DNA of 61,879 bases, filler included, from Hausera hauseri (taxonomy: Eukaryota), in the NCBI GenBank assembly GCA_046269625.1. It is 12 parts of 12 records of this genome, joined end to end, with 100 filler letters (N's around TTAATTAATTAA, not from the genome) between each part and the next. Parts side by side here need not be neighbours in the genome. Positions count along the whole stretch, not along the records: positions 1 to 4,613 come from JBJURY010504241.1; positions 4,714 to 8,788 come from JBJURY010778871.1; positions 8,889 to 13,962 come from JBJURY010344045.1; 9 more parts are not named here. One strand, written 5' to 3'. Below, in pieces: positions 1 through 11,450 of this stretch. The translations under genes and the position numbers were made by a program. Numbering within the stretch: the first letter of the stretch is position 1; each line of letters begins with the position of its first letter. The notes beneath the pieces were generated by a model that saw only the letters and a list, made by a program, of their open reading frames with translations, did no database searches and was not told where the DNA came from.

Positions 1-1589
1 AAAACTTTCCTTAATGCCTTAATCTATGGGTGAACAGTAGTGAGTAGTGACATTGGACAAATAATATAATGTGCTAATACTTTGAAAAATTCCACGCTCC
101 GCCACTGGAATTAACTAATATACTATCAGTCTTCAGCCCCAAACTGACAGCAGTGCAACGCATCAAAGATTTCGATGGATATTCTACGAACCATGTTTAT
201 TAGTTTATTACTTTAAGGAAGACGACATCGATAGAATCACACTTGGAGTAAGGGCTTCGTCTTTGTTTCTTTGTGTGCAAATCTGTTTTTAATGACTCTC
301 CATGCTCTCGATATTTCCCTATTATCACATGACAGTGCTCTGTCTAATCATATACCTCTTTAGCACAAGAATACAAATTAAAAGTACAAATGCATGTCTA
401 ATGATTAAGGGAATATCAGTAGTAAGCATATGTACAAAACGGTTAGCATTTGTATCGATTTTTCATGTGGATCAATGGTCCCATATAACTTAGTATTTAT
501 GTGGATCGGCATGTGGATCTGAAGATCCACATTCAACAAGGTTCTATAAGGAAAAATATATATGTAGTAGATGATGTATACGCTATCATCATAATTCTTT
601 TTTTTTATTTTATTTAGATATCATCACGTACCGTGTCATATAAGGGGGTAGCATTGTTAGAGTTATTAGTGACCAAGACATGTCTTTGTAGTAAGGTAGG
701 TAGTAGATGATGTATACACCATCATCATTTTATCGATGACGTCAGCATCTTGATGACGTAATTTCTTTAGTTATGTAAGGTGTGTATTGTTTCCCATGAG
801 GAGAGATGTTTTTAAGTTTACATTAGATATTATCATGTGCCATGTCGTATACGGATTGTTAGTGACCAAGACCTTTCCTCCAAGCATAAGTGTAGTGTTT
901 TCAGGGGATGAGGTATAGGGTAGCATCAGGTGCCCTGTTGGTTTGGTGTCTGGGTGCTGTCATCAGGGGAACCACTCGAGACTTGCTGGCAGGCAGCCCG
1001 GGTTAACTGCTTGTTGGTTGGCAGACCGCCGTGGCAACATCGGTCATTTTTCCTGTAACTAAAGATACAAGGACACTGAAATTACAACATAACCCAATTT
1101 TTTTATATTTTTATTTACGTTAGCACATAGAAGCAAATTTTCTAAATGTTCTAATTTTAGTCTTTTGGTTGGTATTCTTTGACTGTCGATTACAGGTATG
1201 TACTGAACAAAGGAGGAGGTTACCGCTTCGATGTTCGGTTCAATAGTAACATTGGTTTGGTACTAGGTTCTGTTGCTGTAGGACTCGTTGTTTTTCTTGG
1301 TCTTTTTCGTCGAGCTCTCAATTTTAGGGGCTCGGATTCGTCGTGGCTTGGTAACTGTTCATCAAACGTATTTTGCGCAGAGCAATCAAAGGACGAAAGA
1401 AAGTTCTGAAAGTTAGGGATTTGCAAAGATTCGTCAAAGTTCTGTAATGGGTAGGTTTCTCTGGAAGTTTCAACCAACGCCTTAATAGTCTGTAGAGGCT
1501 CGGTTTCTGTGGCTGCATCGGTAAACGACGGTCATTCTGGAACATCCTTTGGTTATGTCGTTAGGTATTTGACGGTGGATAAAACGTCA

Positions 1590-1803
1590 CTTTACACGTC
1601 GACGAGTTGTTCAAACTCTTCGAATATGAGCGAGATACCAGTTTTCATAGTGTACTTTTTGTTGCTTTGGCCAAAGTATCTTCTAATGCGTATAAGCACT
1701 CTGTTTCTATACGGGGAAACTGTAACCAATTTCACGGTCTTATCGATTTTGCCAACACGGCATCACCGATCATGTAAACGTTGTTGTCAATTTGTGTAAA
1801 CAT
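1590..1803 (-). pseudogene. PC4/Sub1-like ssDNA-binding domain, frameshifted (absent from the ORF track)
   Basis: Manual translation: ATG at 1803 (MFTQIDNNVYMIG), then a shifted frame gives KLVTVSPYRNRVLIRIRRYFGQSNKKYTMKTGISLIFEEFEQL, matching the PC4 pattern VSVxxFKGKVLIDIREY...KGISLxxEQWxxL. Confidence 0.7.
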
Positions 1804-1890
1804 TTTTGAAACAGAAAGACGCCCGGGCGTGCCACTCGCTTACATACCAGTATAACCGGTTTACGTCGGTTTTTATGACATCATAGTTAT

Positions 1891-2364
1891 TTATAGAACA
1901 ACTTTGATTAGCCAAGGTCGAACTAGACGCCAAACGAGCCCATCGTTGGCGTGCTGGCGCGTAGATGTAAAAGGCATGATGACGCGTCGCATCGATCCAC
2001 CTCTACATTTAATCATGATGAAATAAATGACGTAGAGTCCACACGTGGTACTAAGCATATCTTGTATTGGTCGCGCGTTATAGATGACAGGTCTGTGCGA
2101 GTTACGTTTAATAAAGGCCGCAACGTCTGCGTGCAGCGGTGGAAAACCAAACGAATCAAAGTAATGAAACGTGCCAACACCATCATAGTACAAAGCTACC
2201 CAATGCGTGCCAGGACGATCGCTGGTATCTGTATTTACGACGAAGATTGCTGGTTTAGTCTGGTCGATAAGCGTTGGTAACATAACGCGAGGTAAGACTT
2301 TGACAAGATGTCGGCGGACGAAAATGTCAGGATTTAGAATCGCGTATAGCTGTCGAGTATCCAT
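1891..2364 (-). CDS. Adenain-like cysteine protease (Polinton/adintovirus maturation protease)
   Basis: Intact 157-aa ORF with VVNTD..PGTHWVA (His), YFDSFG (Asp) and QDMLSTTCG (Gln/Cys) motifs. Confidence 0.92.
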   Translation of the reverse strand: MDTRQLYAILNPDIFVRRHLVKVLPRVMLPTLIDQTKPAIFVVNTDTSDRPGTHWVALYYDGVGTFHYFDSFGFPPLHADVAAFIKRNSHRPVIYNARPIQDMLSTTCGLYVIYFIMIKCRGGSMRRVIMPFTSTRQHANDGLVWRLVRPWLIKVVL

Positions 2365-2367
2365 CTT

Positions 2368-3666
2368 TTAAGCCACGAAGTCTAGGAACATTTGACGAGT
2401 CTTGGAAATTTCAATTATAGAGTCTTGCTCAGCGTACACCATGACTTGTAAGGGATACAGCATTGCGGTGGAAAATTTAAACTCTAATGAAAGAGGTCCA
2501 TTTTTTGCAAGTTCAAACTGGTCACCGTCCAAAAGGCTGGGACTTAGATCGAAAGCATAAAGGGCATAACCGTCTTTAAAATTTTTGTAGTCGACATCAC
2601 AGCCAGCATCCTTACCGATCAGACCTATGGCTAGATTGGTGCCAAAGAAAGCTCGGACGTAATGGTCATGGTCAAAATCGACTGTTAACGACTTCCCTGT
2701 GGCCGTCTGCCCGTCGACGGTGACGTTCAAGTATGTCAATTCAAAATGTTGAAAGTTGAACGGGTTATTTTTTTTGGCGCCATTAAAAGCTGAGGCATTT
2801 ACTAACCCGACCATGATGTGCATCGGCGTTTGACTGATGAAAAGGTTATCTTGAATGTGCGACAACATTCCTCTTGGGATGGACAAGGTCTTTATTACAA
2901 CTCATTTGATTTGGTATTTTGCGTTCGCTGTAGTTAAGGCCTTTTCATGTGCCAGAGAGATGGCTGGATTTAACTTGGCTTTCCTGACTACCAGGACGGC
3001 TGAACTATAATTGATTTATAATCTGCTGGATCATCGGCTTTAAGCGTCCTTGGCCGGTGTGAACTTTATTTTTACATCTATGCCGTTCAGCAAGTATCAG
3101 TCTTGCACGAAAATGTCAGAGTACAAATTTCCCATCATATCCATTTCTCAACTACCTCCAGCCAACTCCCGACGCACTTTTATTCCAAAATTGAATTCAC
3201 CTTTTGCATCATCAAAAAATTTTGGAGTGTCATTGTAGTATAGAGCTGCCGTCAGGTGACCCTTTTTGGCTTCCTGACCGTAATTTAAGGTCGAGTCGAG
3301 ATAAGATCTGTAAGGATATGTTTTTTCACTAAGCGTGATCAATGTATGATTCAGGGCTACGTTCACTTGAGAAAATAAACTGTGTAGGTAATTGTTGACT
3401 GGGGCGACAACCGCGTCTTTGGGTATGTTGTTGCCATTGGCTAAAACGATTTTGGCTCTCACATGTAAAAAAGTATTAAACAAATCTAGATACTCTTTGC
3501 CGTTTCTGGATATTACAAATTCTATGTTCACCCCAGGTGCGGGAGAAGCGAGAGGGTGAATTTCTACAAACTGTCCTTCCTCTGCTGTCGTTTGTGTCAG
3601 AGGAACGCTAAACAAATCCAGTCCAAAATGAAGACATTTGCACAAGCCAGGGTGAATAAGAGACAT
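2368..3666 (-). pseudogene. Polinton/adintovirus double-jelly-roll major capsid protein, broken by several stops
   Basis: LDLFSVPLTQT, IEFVIS..EYLDL, PVNNYLHSLFSQV, YPYRSYL, AHEKAL...AKYQIK, AFNGAKKNNPFNFQHF, GYALYAFDLSP; in-frame stops between 2900 and 3150. Confidence 0.9.
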
Positions 3667-3767
3667 TATTAATCAAAGATATCTCAATACGGCCTCTTGC
3701 TTTTTCTTGGACTCGTTATGAGAAATACTCAAAGTGACTGTCGGTTTTGTTCTTTTGTTCGATCGCA

Positions 3768-4127
3768 TCATGGGGCAGCTTTTCTTTTACATTGGATTCC
3801 GCTACCCGAATGGTTGCCTGCCATGTGGCTCACCGCACCTTGCAGCAGTTTCGGAGCCGCTTGTTTGGCATGGTCTCTAAAGACTTCACCAACATTTCTA
3901 CCGACTAAAGCGTCCTGGGCGACTTGCAAGCCCGTACAAACGCCTTCCCTGAGCAGGGCTTTGCCTCCAGTCTTTAGCCATGGAAGCACCGTTTGACCCA
4001 AGCCGCTAAAGAAACTTCCAATCCTACTTCCTCTTTGATGTCTACCACCGACAAAGATGGAAATCCCATCTCCATTAAAAGTCTTCGTATGCCTCGGCGT
4101 TTCGATGCAAAGGGTATGTCTGACCAT
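3768..4127 (-). CDS. Polinton/adintovirus small Gly-rich core or membrane-active protein between penton and major capsid
   Basis: QRGSRIGSFFSGLGQTVLPWLKTGGKALLREG amphipathic segment, GxG motifs, basic C-terminus, typical gene position. Confidence 0.7.
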   Translation of the reverse strand: MVRHTLCIETPRHTKTFNGDGISIFVGGRHQRGSRIGSFFSGLGQTVLPWLKTGGKALLREGVCTGLQVAQDALVGRNVGEVFRDHAKQAAPKLLQGAVSHMAGNHSGSGIQCKRKAAP

Positions 4128-4129
4128 CT

Positions 4130-4613
4130 TTACTGGAAATCGACTTGTCTCTTCGTCCTAAAATGTAACGTCACCATCGATGTTTCGCCCATAAATAGGA
4201 TATTTTGTCCCAGTTCGTTGGTTAAAAGTATTTCCACAGTATCAAAGGAAAAACGGCTCAATGATAAGTAATGCGGCTTGTCGTAAATTCTAAACAATGA
4301 AGACAATGTTTTATCCAAAATAGGAACAGTTCGCAACAATGGGACCATGACATCTCCAACGGGTCTCGCGGCTACAAGATCAGAGTACACGTACATGTTT
4401 CGTATGTCGCTGTCGAGATTCAACGGGGATTCACCTACTAGTAGTGACTTGTTGTCTGCGATGCGTTGGGCTCCGAACCCAGCCATGCTGCTTAATTTGT
4501 CGCTGATAAAAACTGCGGCCTCTTTCACGTACCATTCCAACAGGATAGTTTTCTCGACTCGTTGATAGTGGACTCGAATTGGGGGCATCTTCATGAAACT
4601 ACCGAGCCGGCTG
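4130..4613 (-). CDS. Polinton/adintovirus penton (minor capsid protein), 5' end truncated by the contig end
   Basis: MYVYSDLV...VGDVMVPLLRTV...PHYLSL....FDTVEILLTNELGQNILF....VTLHFR, the typical penton C-terminal signature. Confidence 0.88.
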
Positions 4614-4713
4614 NNNNNNNNNNNNNNNNNNNNNNNNNNNNNNNNNNNNNNNNNNNNTTAATTAATTAANNNNNNNNNNNNNNNNNNNNNNNNNNNNNNN
4701 NNNNNNNNNNNNN
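4614..4713. other. Artificial contig-joining linker (44 N + TTAATTAATTAA + 44 N). Identical linkers at 8789-8888, 13963-14062, 20601-20700, 25147-25246, 30684-30783, 35295-35394, 39590-39689, 48936-49035, 53332-53431, 57412-57511; 10-N gaps at 24851-24860, 38140-38149, 56962-56971
   Basis: The same 100-nt cassette occurs 11 times; TTAATTAATTAA puts stop codons in all six frames; sequence content changes abruptly at each linker. Confidence 0.99.
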
Positions 4714-6172
4714 AGGTGGGATTGTTGTTGGTCTTTTGTATGATCCTCCTTCGGGTCTAGTTCTATCATTCATCAAACTTGGTATCCATCCGCTCCCACA
4801 TTTTACAAAGTTTTCTACGGTATCTCGTAATACCTTAACTGTCACTTTTATATTTCGTTCAATTTCGTCCAAATTTTGTGTTTGGTAGTTAATCGCGATT
4901 ACCTTATATAACAAATAGGCGACCGCTGTTGCAACTTTTTCTCTAGTAATTCTTGTTGCAAACATTTTTTCTAATATATCTTGTTCATGTAATTCATTAA
5001 TTCTCTCTTCATTAATATTTTCGTAAAATTGTCTGCTAATTCTCAACATAACATAACGCATAGTCTGGAATAATTCATCGGGGATAGTAACTTGCATAAG
5101 GAACGATGAAAATGAGGTATGTAACTTTGCTAATAACGTTCTTAACAATGGGTCTATGTCTATTGATTCTGTCAATGTATCCGTTCCTGCCAACAGCAAA
5201 CGTCGTACTATTTCCTCATTCCCATCTCTCTTATTTCGGATATCACTGATTTTCGTTCCTTTTGGCCTTCCTCTTTTTTTTCTCAGTTTGTACTGCGACA
5301 CTCTGAGTATCACATGGTGGTTGTTCTACTACGTCCGATGGTTGCATTTCCTTCATTATATTATTTATCGTTTCCCCCGCTCTTGCGTCCGGATGTATCT
5401 CAATTATCGTGAGTGGGTTATAATTCTCACTTCTACAGCCAATACTTGATAATTTATCGTAGCTATATAACGTCCTTCCATAAAAATGTAACCCGTATAC
5501 TTTGTCCTTATAGAACGGTTCTAACTCTTCAATTTTTCCTCGCAACGTCAATATATCATCCTTTTCGTTCATTCTGATGGCTCTCACGTCTTGACTTTTT
5601 TTATCGTTATTCTTACTGCTTCGTTTCTTCCCTTTTCATCCTTAACCGCCTTACCTAATATCGTCCGTGCTATTTCTCTTATCGGACTGATATCGTGGGC
5701 GCGTAGCAATAATTGGAATATAATTTCGTTTATTTTAACTACAGATACTTTCCCTTTCATTAATTTTAATATCGTACTTGTCGCTTGGTTTACATCGACT
5801 ATGTTCTCAGGATCAATAGCAATGACTGCTTGAATAATATCATTCTCAGCATCTAAATCTACTTCTATATCATGTATCACCTGTTCAATCACGGTTTCAT
5901 CAAATAACTTTGTAGGCTGCGCTTCTTTTTCACTTCCCTCCGATGCTGATTAGCTATGCTTACTTCTTCGTTCTCTTTTCTTTTTTTCCACATCAGTTTT
6001 CGCCACAGAGGTTTCTCTGGATTCCACATCTATTATCTTTTTGTTACCTTTCTTTCTTCCTTGGCTAGGTTTTCCTCCTTTTGACTTTTCCTCCAACACA
6101 GATACTGTTTCCCCTTAATCTTTTCTGTTGAGTTTTATAATCTCTTAGCTCCATATCTAACTGCATTCTCAT
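4714..6172 (-). pseudogene. Decayed long ORF (track ORFs 5584-5892, 5243-5587, 4666-5313 joined at poly-A frameshifts) with an AT-hook and a Bcl-2-like domain
   Basis: Frames switch at A-runs near 5596 and 5275; KKRGRPK AT-hook; EKMFATRITREKVATAVAY...VLRDTVENFVKCGSGW has BH1-to-BH2 spacing. Confidence 0.55.
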
Positions 6173-6337
6173 GCGTTGGGACAATATATCGTTAACAAGA
6201 TTTACACTTTCTTTATACTTATTGTAAGTTCAAAGAATAAATATCCGGGTACAGAAAACAAGTTAAATTTCAAAATTAAATCGAAATGTCAAAATGGCCA
6301 ATTATATTTATTTTTCAAATTTACAACCAATAATTTT

Positions 6338-6900
6338 TTAGTATTCAAACAAATCATGAATTTTTGTCTGTATCACCCCGATATTGCAGAATGCACTTAT
6401 AAACACTCCATGGGCAATGTCACAGGTAACTAACTGATGATCGGCTCGAAATAGATTCCTTGTCAACAGATTTGATGTTATCTTTTCATGTTCAGCTCGA
6501 GACTTACAGAACACTGACGAAGCGCTACCAGTAATGAAATGAATTCGCGGGTATGGTATCAGACTTGAGCCGAGTTGAGTTAGATCATTTTTGATTGTGC
6601 TTTCGAATCGCAGTGAAACGGTAATATTACTAAACATATGAGATAAAAGACGACTGATATTGTTGAATGTGGGATAATTAACGTCCATAAGATTAGCACA
6701 TACGTTAAATAAGGCTTCACTGTTGAAAAGATTCGTAACATCAGATGAATCTATATGTTCAGCATCGACAAGTTGGAATTATACGGTTTAATAGCCACAC
6801 AGAGAACTGGAGTGGGAAATATTGTCATTTCGTATCTCGTTAATTTCTAATAATTGAGTATCATGGCATTCACCATTAACGATGTAGATGCCCTTTAAGC
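6338..6900 (-). pseudogene. Divergent alpha-tubulin-like fragment, intronless and disrupted
   Basis: EMTIFPTP...IKPYNS, then shifted NSEALFNVC...YPTFNNISRLLSHMFSNITVSLRF...NDLTQLGSSLIPYPRIHF, versus alpha-tubulin PTYTNLNRLI.QIVSSITASLRF...DLTEFQTNLVPYPRIHF. Confidence 0.85.
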
Positions 6901-7112
6901 TCAGCAGACAGTTGCTGACACGATTGAATACTGCACATTTTACAAATGATAAAGGCTGTTTGCGACTTCAGAGAAATGTGACCGATTACGAACAATTTTA
7001 TCTACATTTTTACAATATCATGTTGAGTACAGACGTTGCACAGAACTAGTGTAGTTTCCAGGATAAGTGGTAAATTGTCTTGCCAATACATTTACGAGAG
7101 CAGGAATGAGTT

Positions 7113-7420
7113 TTATGATAAGAAATTTTCCAGATATTTATTTTTGTATCTCGTCATGAGTTGTAAGTATTTCACAGCCTGATGAACGAATATTTCATTT
7201 TGGCTTTGAAGCATTTCAAGAAACGTTGACCAAACGGAAACTCGGTCATCATGAAGCTCAATAAAGTACTCAAGAATTGTAGTTCGAACCGAAAGAACTA
7301 TCATGTGAACAACGCCTCTGTTCTCTGTGTCACGAATTTGTATATTAGCTCCAAGTGACATAATGGCTTTGATTGTTTCAAGAGCCCCGGCACTGACAGC
7401 AAGAAGGATTGGAGTAAACT
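7113..7420 (-). pseudogene. ANKAR: Ankyrin-repeat fragment resembling ANKAR (ankyrin-armadillo junction)
   Basis: TPILLAVSAGALETIKAIMSLGANIQIRDTENRGVVHMIVL...VSVWSTFLEMLQ resembles ANKAR TPLLLAATSGALDTI..L.SIGAN...VWKTLVEMLQ; fragment only. Confidence 0.7.
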
Positions 7421-7439
7421 TAACGATATTTCGAGTTTG

Positions 7440-8310
7440 TATATTTTTCCATTCCGAATATTCCATCGTTTTCACCAAATGTGAAACGACGAGTTCGATA
7501 GATCGTGGAACATATTCATCAATACGACCTCAGTAATCGATAATAACCATTTCCAGCAATTTTGCAGCATAGCTTTCGTAGATTTCATTGCTCTCTTGAC
7601 TGTTAAATACGATTTGGCAGATTTCGTAAGTCGTATTGATTTTATTACAATCGGCAACGAAGGTGTTTTTGTCAACTGTAATGTAGTTGGTTAGCAACGA
7701 CATCATCTCCCAAATTTCATCGGGTTCGTTTTGGATGTTCGTCTTCAAGAAGAACAATACTTGCTACATTGTCGGTGTTGCTCTACATACGGTTAAATTT
7801 GACGCAAGAGAATAAACTTCTTCGTAAAATTTAAGACGTTCTTTGTGAATATTACATGGATGATTGAAACAACAGCCGGTTTCAATGCTGAAATGATCGT
7901 TTCATTTTCTTCCATGGCTTTAGTTATTGTCTCAACAGTGCTCAAAATTCCCATGACAATGAGTTCTTTGTTATCGTCGATTTCACCCTCATTGCGAATT
8001 GATTCAATTGTCGACTGGAGATGAACGGTCATATCCAAAGCAATCAGAATAATTTCGTTGTTAAAAGTCGAAATGAGAGTGCAAAGCGTCATTCAATTCA
8101 TCAATTTGTTTTTCTCGAAGTAAAGTGAGAATGTTGGAAACTAAATTATTCAAATGTAGTGCTAAATTTGGTTTTGCTTCATCGCTCTTTTCCGGCAAAA
8201 TATCACATAGAGAATTAGCCGCCATGATTATTACTGGCAATTCTGAATCGCTGGAAATCGTATGGACAATGTTGTGAATCATATTCCGAAACAACGTCAT
8301 TCTGATAAAT
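7440..8310 (-). pseudogene. IPO7: Importin-7/8-like HEAT-repeat fragment, intronless and frameshifted
   Basis: LPVIIMAANSL, IALDMTVHL, MGILSTVETI, LLTNYITVD, YAAKLLEMVII match importin-7 MPVKVEAAIAL, IAVEMTQHL, MGILNTIDTL, LLHNYVTVD, HAAKLLEVIIL in order. Confidence 0.82.
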
Positions 8311-8639
8311 AAGAACGTGGCAATGATTGTCGAAACCGGTAAATGTCAATTTGCTACCATCTTTGTTGTAGCTCATTGAATCAACTTTGATTCCCGATTA
8401 TGTCGACGACAAACTCGGTATTTTTTTGTCTCCGGAATCGTAGATGTTTGATTTGAAGTCGGTAAGTTTCATTTGATGTCCAACCAAGTGGGCCAGAGGG
8501 CGCCGGCCGCTGTGGGCACCACAGTTGTCCTTAATGTTGAATGAGTTTTGCCTCCATTCGGTCTAATTTTGAAAGGTCCCTGAAATTGATTCACCAATTT
8601 CGTATATACGGAGTGAGTCATAATTCATGGTGAATTTTA

Positions 8640-8788
8640 AAGTTTTCTTTTCCAATTAATGAAAGTTCGCCTAGGAGGTGCAACATTATTGAATTTATTA
8701 ACAAATCTTCTACTACAGCCTTCAGTACTTTCATCGTCCTTGCTGATAACCCAAGCTGTAATTGTAACCTTTTCATTTATTGTGTATA
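8640..8788 (-). mobile_element. Possible Tc1/mariner-type transposase N-terminal helix-turn-helix relic (DUF4817-like)
   Basis: Manual translation YTINEKVTITAWVISKDDESTEGCSRRFVNKFNNVAPPRRTFINWKRKL. Confidence 0.45.
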
Positions 8789-9651
8789 NNNNNNNNNNNN
8801 NNNNNNNNNNNNNNNNNNNNNNNNNNNNNNNNTTAATTAATTAANNNNNNNNNNNNNNNNNNNNNNNNNNNNNNNNNNNNNNNNNNNNGGATTATCTCAG
8901 GTGAAACGAATCGAATAATAGTATCGGTTGCTACGGAGGAAACAAAAGAGGCCACAAGGAAAGCTAAAATAGATCAATGTGTAGGGCGGATTGTGGGAGT
9001 TAGAGATGCAACAATGTATTTCGAGTACTTGCAAAACGGACAAAGACAAGGAACAATACGATAAAAATCTAGTACCACCCAGTGAGATCGCATCAGTTAT
9101 CGCGAAACAAAAGCGTCCAGTCAACAGACCGCGAAAAATACGAGAAGAAATTGATTATAATGCCGATTTAACTAGAGAATTGAGGCAAATGTCCATACCT
9201 AACTTTAGTAGAGAAAATGAACAGCTAAATGAATTTATGAAAAATTTGATACTCATAGTAAACCTGTGAGACGAAATATTAGACGAAAAAGAGATATCTA
9301 TATTAAATGCAGCTAGAACAATGAAAAACTTTCTCTGTAAACTATCGAGAAGCTCCTTGAGCGATGGAAGGGATGTTAGAGGGAATTATGGTAGAGAACA
9401 CCATAGAAGAATTAAGGAAAGTGCTACTGTATTTGGCCATTAAAACAAATCCAGCTTGAGAAAATGAATTTAACAAAGCCACTAGTCTAGTGCGGAAAGC
9501 TGCCAGGAAATTACCCCGAGAAGTAAACGGGTCTAAATTATTCGAAAAAGAACAAGAGCATCAAAATGGACCCTCACTTAACGATAGTAATGGTATATTC
9601 AAAGACATGTTGCGAAGTTTAAACAGAGATAATCGGTGAAACGAACCAAAC

Positions 9652-11450
9652 TTGATAATTAATTTCCTAACTGTGATGATGTTAATAAGACAAATGGGAG
9701 AGGTTACCATATATGACTGTGACAAGTTCAAACTTGGCCAAAAATATTCATTGATGGATTTAGAAATATGCAAAGACGCGAGGCCACATAGATTAGAAAC
9801 AAAAGAAAAAAGCTACGTACTGTATCAACAACAAGAGCTAGTCTCATTAGACGGGATAGAATGTATGCTGCGACGATCTCGCAGTATCTTCCATTGTGAG
9901 CTAATACACAGACATTCATCTATAATCAAGCCAACGACCCCACTAATTCCAATGAACTTAGAACGCCAGCATTGTTAACAAGGTAGGGAGATAGGCAGGT
10001 TAAAATGGAATGGTATGGAAGTAGAAATGCAGCAAGAAAAAATAATCAGAGCATATAAAGTAGCAGCCGGAAGATTAGATATGTATACCGGACACTGTAA
10101 CGGTGCAGAATACGGTACTGGAAATGGATTAGAACCAAATATAGTGGTTGTGGATTTCTGTGAAACCGAGATGGGCACATATAAAGTGATGTTTCATAGC
10201 GTTACTAAGCTGTACAAGGAAAACCAAAAGTGCCAAATCCAAGACGGCACTTGTGTTTTTAGAAGTTAATTAGTAATTTTGGAACCTCCAGCCAAGACCG
10301 ATTGCAATTTTAGTAAAATTAAAGAACTTAAGTTTAATGAAATGACAGGAAAATGTTATGTAAGTAGTACGGATACTAACTCGTAAATGCTAGAAGATGT
10401 AGCTGAGCATCCCACACCTACCATATTAATTTCCGATACTCATGGGTTAAAATTTGTAAAGAAAGATGTACTCACAAGATGCGATGTAGTAATGTATGCC
10501 ACTAATTATGAAGCGTTCTTTGTAACTGAGCCTGAGACAAATGCCAAAACGTTCAAGCTTGAGACTCCAGATATTCAAATTGAGGATTATTTGAAAAATA
10601 GAGACTATTATTTCTACAACAAAGGACAGGCTGGAATAGCTGAGTTATACCACAAAATGATAACGAATGACTGCAAATTAGACTTAGAAATCATGAGAAC
10701 CAAACTGGATTTAATATATGCCAATCCCGAGCTAGCATTATCAATATTTCCGATGAAGGAAGGCGTTTTTCGTCGAGTAACTGGAGAAGTCCTACTGACT
10801 TATGAATGCGAGAAAAAAGATGTACCCATTAATGTGGAAGAGAAGAGATGCACACAAGAACTTCCGATAATATATCAGGACATGCCGATATTAGTACTGC
10901 CAATTACTAGAGTATTACTGTCAAATTCCACCCAACCGACAATTCTGAAAGATTGTAAACCTAGTCTAGGAGAACCCATGTTTAGACGTAGCTTACCAAA
11001 CGGTGGTATAATTACGCCGCCCATTAAGTTAACGGGAACGAACTTAATAGAAGTAATAACTAATAATAAGTTTCAAGATACTGCAGCAAAAGGCATTTAC
11101 CGACCAAAAGAAGTGGAGGCATTCAGACAATTTCTCGCTTTCCCAGGCCAGCGCACACATGAACTAAACAGAGCTATGCACACGATACTAGAAGATTCAC
11201 GTTATTAAGCGAAATGGGAATCGTTACTTTGTGTTAACTACTGTCAAAAAGTAACTACCGAAATATTGTATAAAATTTTCGGAAGGTTTCTAATATCCGG
11301 ACAAGCCGCATCAGGATTACTTCCAATTTATTTCTTAATTCACCTGGTTAAAGCGATAATTCAAGCGGTCATAAATGTATACGAGATCCTCACTATAACA
11401 GGATTCTAATGTAAAATTTTAACAGCTATATCACATCTTTCAATAAATTG
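9652..11450 (+). pseudogene. Chuvirus-like (class III-type) envelope glycoprotein with signal peptide and C-terminal membrane anchor
   Basis: Hydrophobic leader then IYDC...YSLMDLEIC; NDCKLDLEIMRTKL..ANPE..EGVFRRVTGEVLLTYEC..RCTQELPI..LPITRVL; KGIYRPKEVEAFRQFLAFP; read-through gives FGRFLISGQAASGLLPIYFLIHLVKAIIQAVINVY. Confidence 0.8.

Larger units (their letters stand above)
564..4613 (-). mobile_element. Decayed Polinton/Maverick (adintovirus-like) virion module: penton, core/membrane protein, major capsid, adenain protease, PC4-like protein
   Basis: Tightly packed co-oriented ORFs with recognisable Polinton motifs; cut by the contig end at 4613; left boundary uncertain. Confidence 0.9.

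Noticed and set aside
91-107. MITE/hAT-type terminal repeat TCCACGCTCCGCCACTG
   Set aside because: Partner end lies outside the window; too short to support alone.
4658-4669. TTAATTAATTAA as a biological motif such as a piggyBac target or terminator
   Set aside because: Always centred in identical N padding; an assembly linker. ORFs ending in X runs are truncated artefacts.
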